Shown here piece after piece: positions 61,163 to 64,000 of a stretch of DNA of 64,000 nucleotides. The number at the start of each line of letters is the position of its first letter. The first letter of the stretch is position 1. The translations under genes and the position numbers were made by a program. The stretch is from assembly GCA_964187785.1 (NCBI GenBank), contig OZ076409.1:19842001-19906000 (forward strand). Reading direction: 5' to 3'. Under the pieces are notes generated by a model that was not told the origin of the DNA, made no database searches, and worked only from the letters and a program-made list of their open reading frames with translations. The stretch is from Amphiscolops sp. MND2022 (lineage: Eukaryota).

Positions 61163-61353
61163 TGTAGAGGAGAGTGCTCCTATTAGTCTAGACAGTGTTA
61201 CCAAATACCTGTCACGAACTTTAAAGGACACTAGTTTGTACTATTTAGTTGATGCTATCTTTTAGTTTGCATACAGTTGACCTATACATTGTATCGCTAC
61301 CTCTTAATCTTAACTTGAGCATCCAACCTTAATCTCTTATCGAGTCTACAACA
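61163..61353 (+). repeat. 3' LTR
   Basis: Identical to 55515-55705. Confidence 0.97.
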
Positions 61354-62613
61354 AAGATCTTGCGAGAAAACTTCTGAACTGGCAAAAAACTTCCAAGATC
61401 TTGGAAGACTTTTTTTGACTGCAAGATTCTTACAAATAAAACTGAAACTTCGTCGAAACTTTCAATCCAAGTTTAAGAATTTTCCAATAAAACGCCAAAA
61501 CTTGGACTCAACGTTCTAGTATATTTCATAGTATGCTCAACTTGGTAGGTAAATAAACTACTAGGGGATACTTGTGAAGTATTACTCTGGACTAAGAAGA
61601 TCATACGCATAACGTAAATTCTATTCAATTTCACTTGATCTTTGAATCAATGCAAAAGACTGAAGCATGAAAATAAAGCAACTTTCTCAAATAACAAGCC
61701 TAGATAGGCATAAGTCAGCGCCCGCATAAAGCTCAAAAAGCGCAAGTACTTCCCAACGTTAAGAAGTGTTTTCTGTTTAGAAGTGATAATATCCACTACC
61801 ATAGTTTGTTATCAACAATTTCAATAAGCTCAACACCTTCCATCAAGTGACAGTTTGCCAAGCAAATTTTGGCACGAACGCTTCCAATGATTTATCTGGA
61901 TACAGAAGTCCTTGAATTGAACAAATCGAATAATAGAAGTAATTAGCAGTCAAAAAAATTCAGATTTTACGATTTCTACCAGCTTACATTAGTTAAACTT
62001 CCAAGATTTTAGAATTGAGTCCTACAGCAAAGCCCTGGCTATCATAAAATCTCACAAGTTGAGGAAAACAAATTCAGTTTTTTGGGGATTCCTTTTCTTT
62101 TTTTCCATTGTCTGTCAGCGCACATCCCGAAATCTAAGAAAAGGCAACGCCTCGTAGCTATATAAAAGATTGATTGTCGTTTCATCAACATCCGTTTTCA
62201 AGTATGATAGAGTTACTTTTAACACCTAGAAGTGCAAACTGTGGAAATTGGAACAGTAAAAATAGAAAACTGCCTCCTGGCTAATTTTGGAAAATTCAAA
62301 ATGCTTTTGTTGCATTTCGGATTCGGTATCTCTATTTTTAAGTGCACCTCGCAGAAATGTTTTTGTTGTTATTTTTAGCAATAAACACATCAATTTCTTG
62401 GTGTCGAAATACTTATGCCAAGCCAGAAACAGCTAGAAAGTACTCAGAAAATTTTTCATTGGCTTCACGACACAGGAACAACAAGCTTTTGAAACACATT
62501 TTGACTAAGGTGCTCGATGTTTGTAATAATAGATGAGTTTATGAATTTCTGCTTCAAAGCTACCTTTGACAGTCCGGAAATTTAGCCGTATTAGCGAATC
62601 CAGAAACTTGGTT

Positions 62614-62705
62614 GTCAGAAATATCGTCGTCAGAAATATCGTCGTCAGAAATATTGTCGTCAGAAATATCGTCGTCAGAAATATCTTCGTCAGAAATTTT
62701 GTCGT
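62614..62705 (+). repeat. 15-bp tandem repeat (GTCAGAAATATCGTC), about 6 copies
   Basis: Direct reading; same motif family as the ends of 49531-50109. Confidence 0.85.
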
Positions 62706-62994
62706 ATTGTTTAAAATTAACAGCGTTCACGAAGATATACCATTTATGTTATTCATTTATTTAAATAATAAAAAAAATCTCAAGAACATGTTTCATTTCG
62801 ACACCAAAATTGGGGCAGGAAGTTAATTGCAATCAATCAACCCATCCAGACACTTATTGAGCAGCAGGATATTTTCCGTCTTCAGATATTTCACCAACCA
62901 ACTTTCAAGTGTATAATGTACAATTATCTCATGTCCGCCATTCATGGTCAACTGTTTCAAAATTTGATGCATTTCTTGAAATGCCTTGGTTGAG

Positions 62995-63275
62995 AAAAAT
63001 ATCTTAATTGCATGATCCTTGCATTTAATACATTTAGTGGAATATATCTTGCAAGTAAATGTATCCTTGCAAGAATATTACAAGGAAATCTACTCCTTGT
63101 AAGATCTTTCAAAGAAACACCTTCCTTGAAAGATCCGCAAGGAAATTAAGTCCTTGCGAGATTCTTGCGAGATCTTTGTAAGGAATGCATTTTAACCAAG
63201 GATCTCGCGAGATTCTTTCAAGGAATCCAAGTAAAATGCACTCTTTTGCAAGAACTTGAAAGATCCTAGGAAAGA
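62995..63275. repeat. GCAAGATCTTGC-type repeat element (same family as the gypsy insertion site at 55420-55514 and 61354-61440)
   Basis: Multiple CTTGCAAGA and AAGATCTT motifs. Confidence 0.55.
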
Positions 63276-63814
63276 AAACATTTTTCTCCACCAGGGTATG
63301 TATGATTTTAGTTTTGAAAAATTCCAAATTCTTTATTCTGAAAAATTGTACGGAAATGGGATTGATTTCTGTGACTTTTATTGTCAAGGACATGTGAATC
63401 GTGTTTCAAAGATTGCTTTCCAATCGGGTACTTTCTCATGCAATTAGACTCCAAAAGCAATTTGCATAATGCTTCATTTTCATATAACAACACGGAAAGG
63501 TCTCAAGTCGTCGTATCACTTTAGCTAGGCTCAAAAACAGCAAGCTCTCTTATATATGCTAAACAGCTGTTTTTAACGAAAATTTTTGAAGTCTCTAAAT
63601 GCCTAAAAAATCGAAAGGGAGGCCTTTTACTCATTATATTTTTCATCTTAGTTAAAAATGTAAAATTTTGGATTTGGCGGATTGGCATGTCTGCAAGAGT
63701 ACCAGCAGATTTCATTTTTGTTTTCAAAAAAATCCTCAAAAAGGAATTAAATTTCCGAGCAACTATGAATTATTGAGAAGATAGGTACAAAATGTTGCCA
63801 ATGCCATTACTCAC

Positions 63815-63983
63815 CATTTTTTATCTCTATTCTCGAATGATGCGTTGTGTCTCGACATCGGAAGGAAAGACTGAATGCATTTGATTGGCTGACCGAATCG
63901 CGAACAAGGAAAGATCCATTCGGCCGCCCAATAAGAAGACTTTCTGCTTCATCCACAGCCAGTCGTCCCCAGAACCAACCAGG
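63815..63983 (-). CDS. Internal exon of the SOCS6/7-like gene (SH2 N-terminal half); missed by the ORF track
   Basis: TTTTTTCTTTCAG acceptor and GTGAGT donor; 169 nt encoding PGWFWGRLAVDEAESLLIGRPNGSFLVRDSVSQSNAFSLSFRCRDTTHHSRIEIKN plus G, phase 1, matching the exon at 36481. Confidence 0.93.
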
Positions 63984-64000
63984 CTGAAAGAAAAAACGAG

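Larger units (their letters stand above)
55515..61353 (+). mobile_element. Intact young Ty3/gypsy LTR retrotransposon
   Basis: Identical 191-bp TG..CA LTRs, 5-bp TSD AAGAT (55510-55514, 61354-61358), PBS, PPT and an uninterrupted ORF. Confidence 0.98.

Noticed and set aside
54885..62980. Inverted about 60-bp match (54885-54950 vs 62920-62980) as TIRs of a large element around the gypsy
   Set aside because: No TSD or defined termini; better explained as two fragments of a dispersed repeat.

Overview
AT-rich animal (invertebrate-type) nuclear DNA made up mostly of nested transposable elements. One host gene is supported: two minus-strand exons (63815-63983 and 35985-36481) splice in phase 1 across a 27,333-bp intron to give the SH2 domain and SOCS box of a SOCS6/7-like protein. 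LTR elements are a decayed BEL/Pao (about 4.56-13.89 kb), a decayed copia (about 20.9-25.9 kb), two old Ty3/gypsy copies and one young intact Ty3/gypsy (55515-61353; identical LTRs, 5-bp TSD, single 1729-aa ORF). Other mobile DNA includes Tc1/IS630 and CR1-like relics, tRNA-derived SINE heads, a Mutator-like MITE with stacked palindromes, and about a dozen DINE-1/HINE-like (Helentron-associated) elements that nest and concatenate. The most unusual signals are three. (i) The BEL element has a tRNA-derived Pol III cassette in both LTRs, no recognisable PBS, a histone-H1-tail-like frame, and a 5'-leader segment complementary to its own PPT/U3 junction. (ii) The gypsy family has a WLDD reverse-transcriptase motif and a conserved unannotated segment between RNase H and integrase. 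(iii) The SOCS protein has a PEST-like SH2 insertion and a degenerate SOCS box. All calls are by eye with no database searches, so boundaries of decayed elements are approximate.
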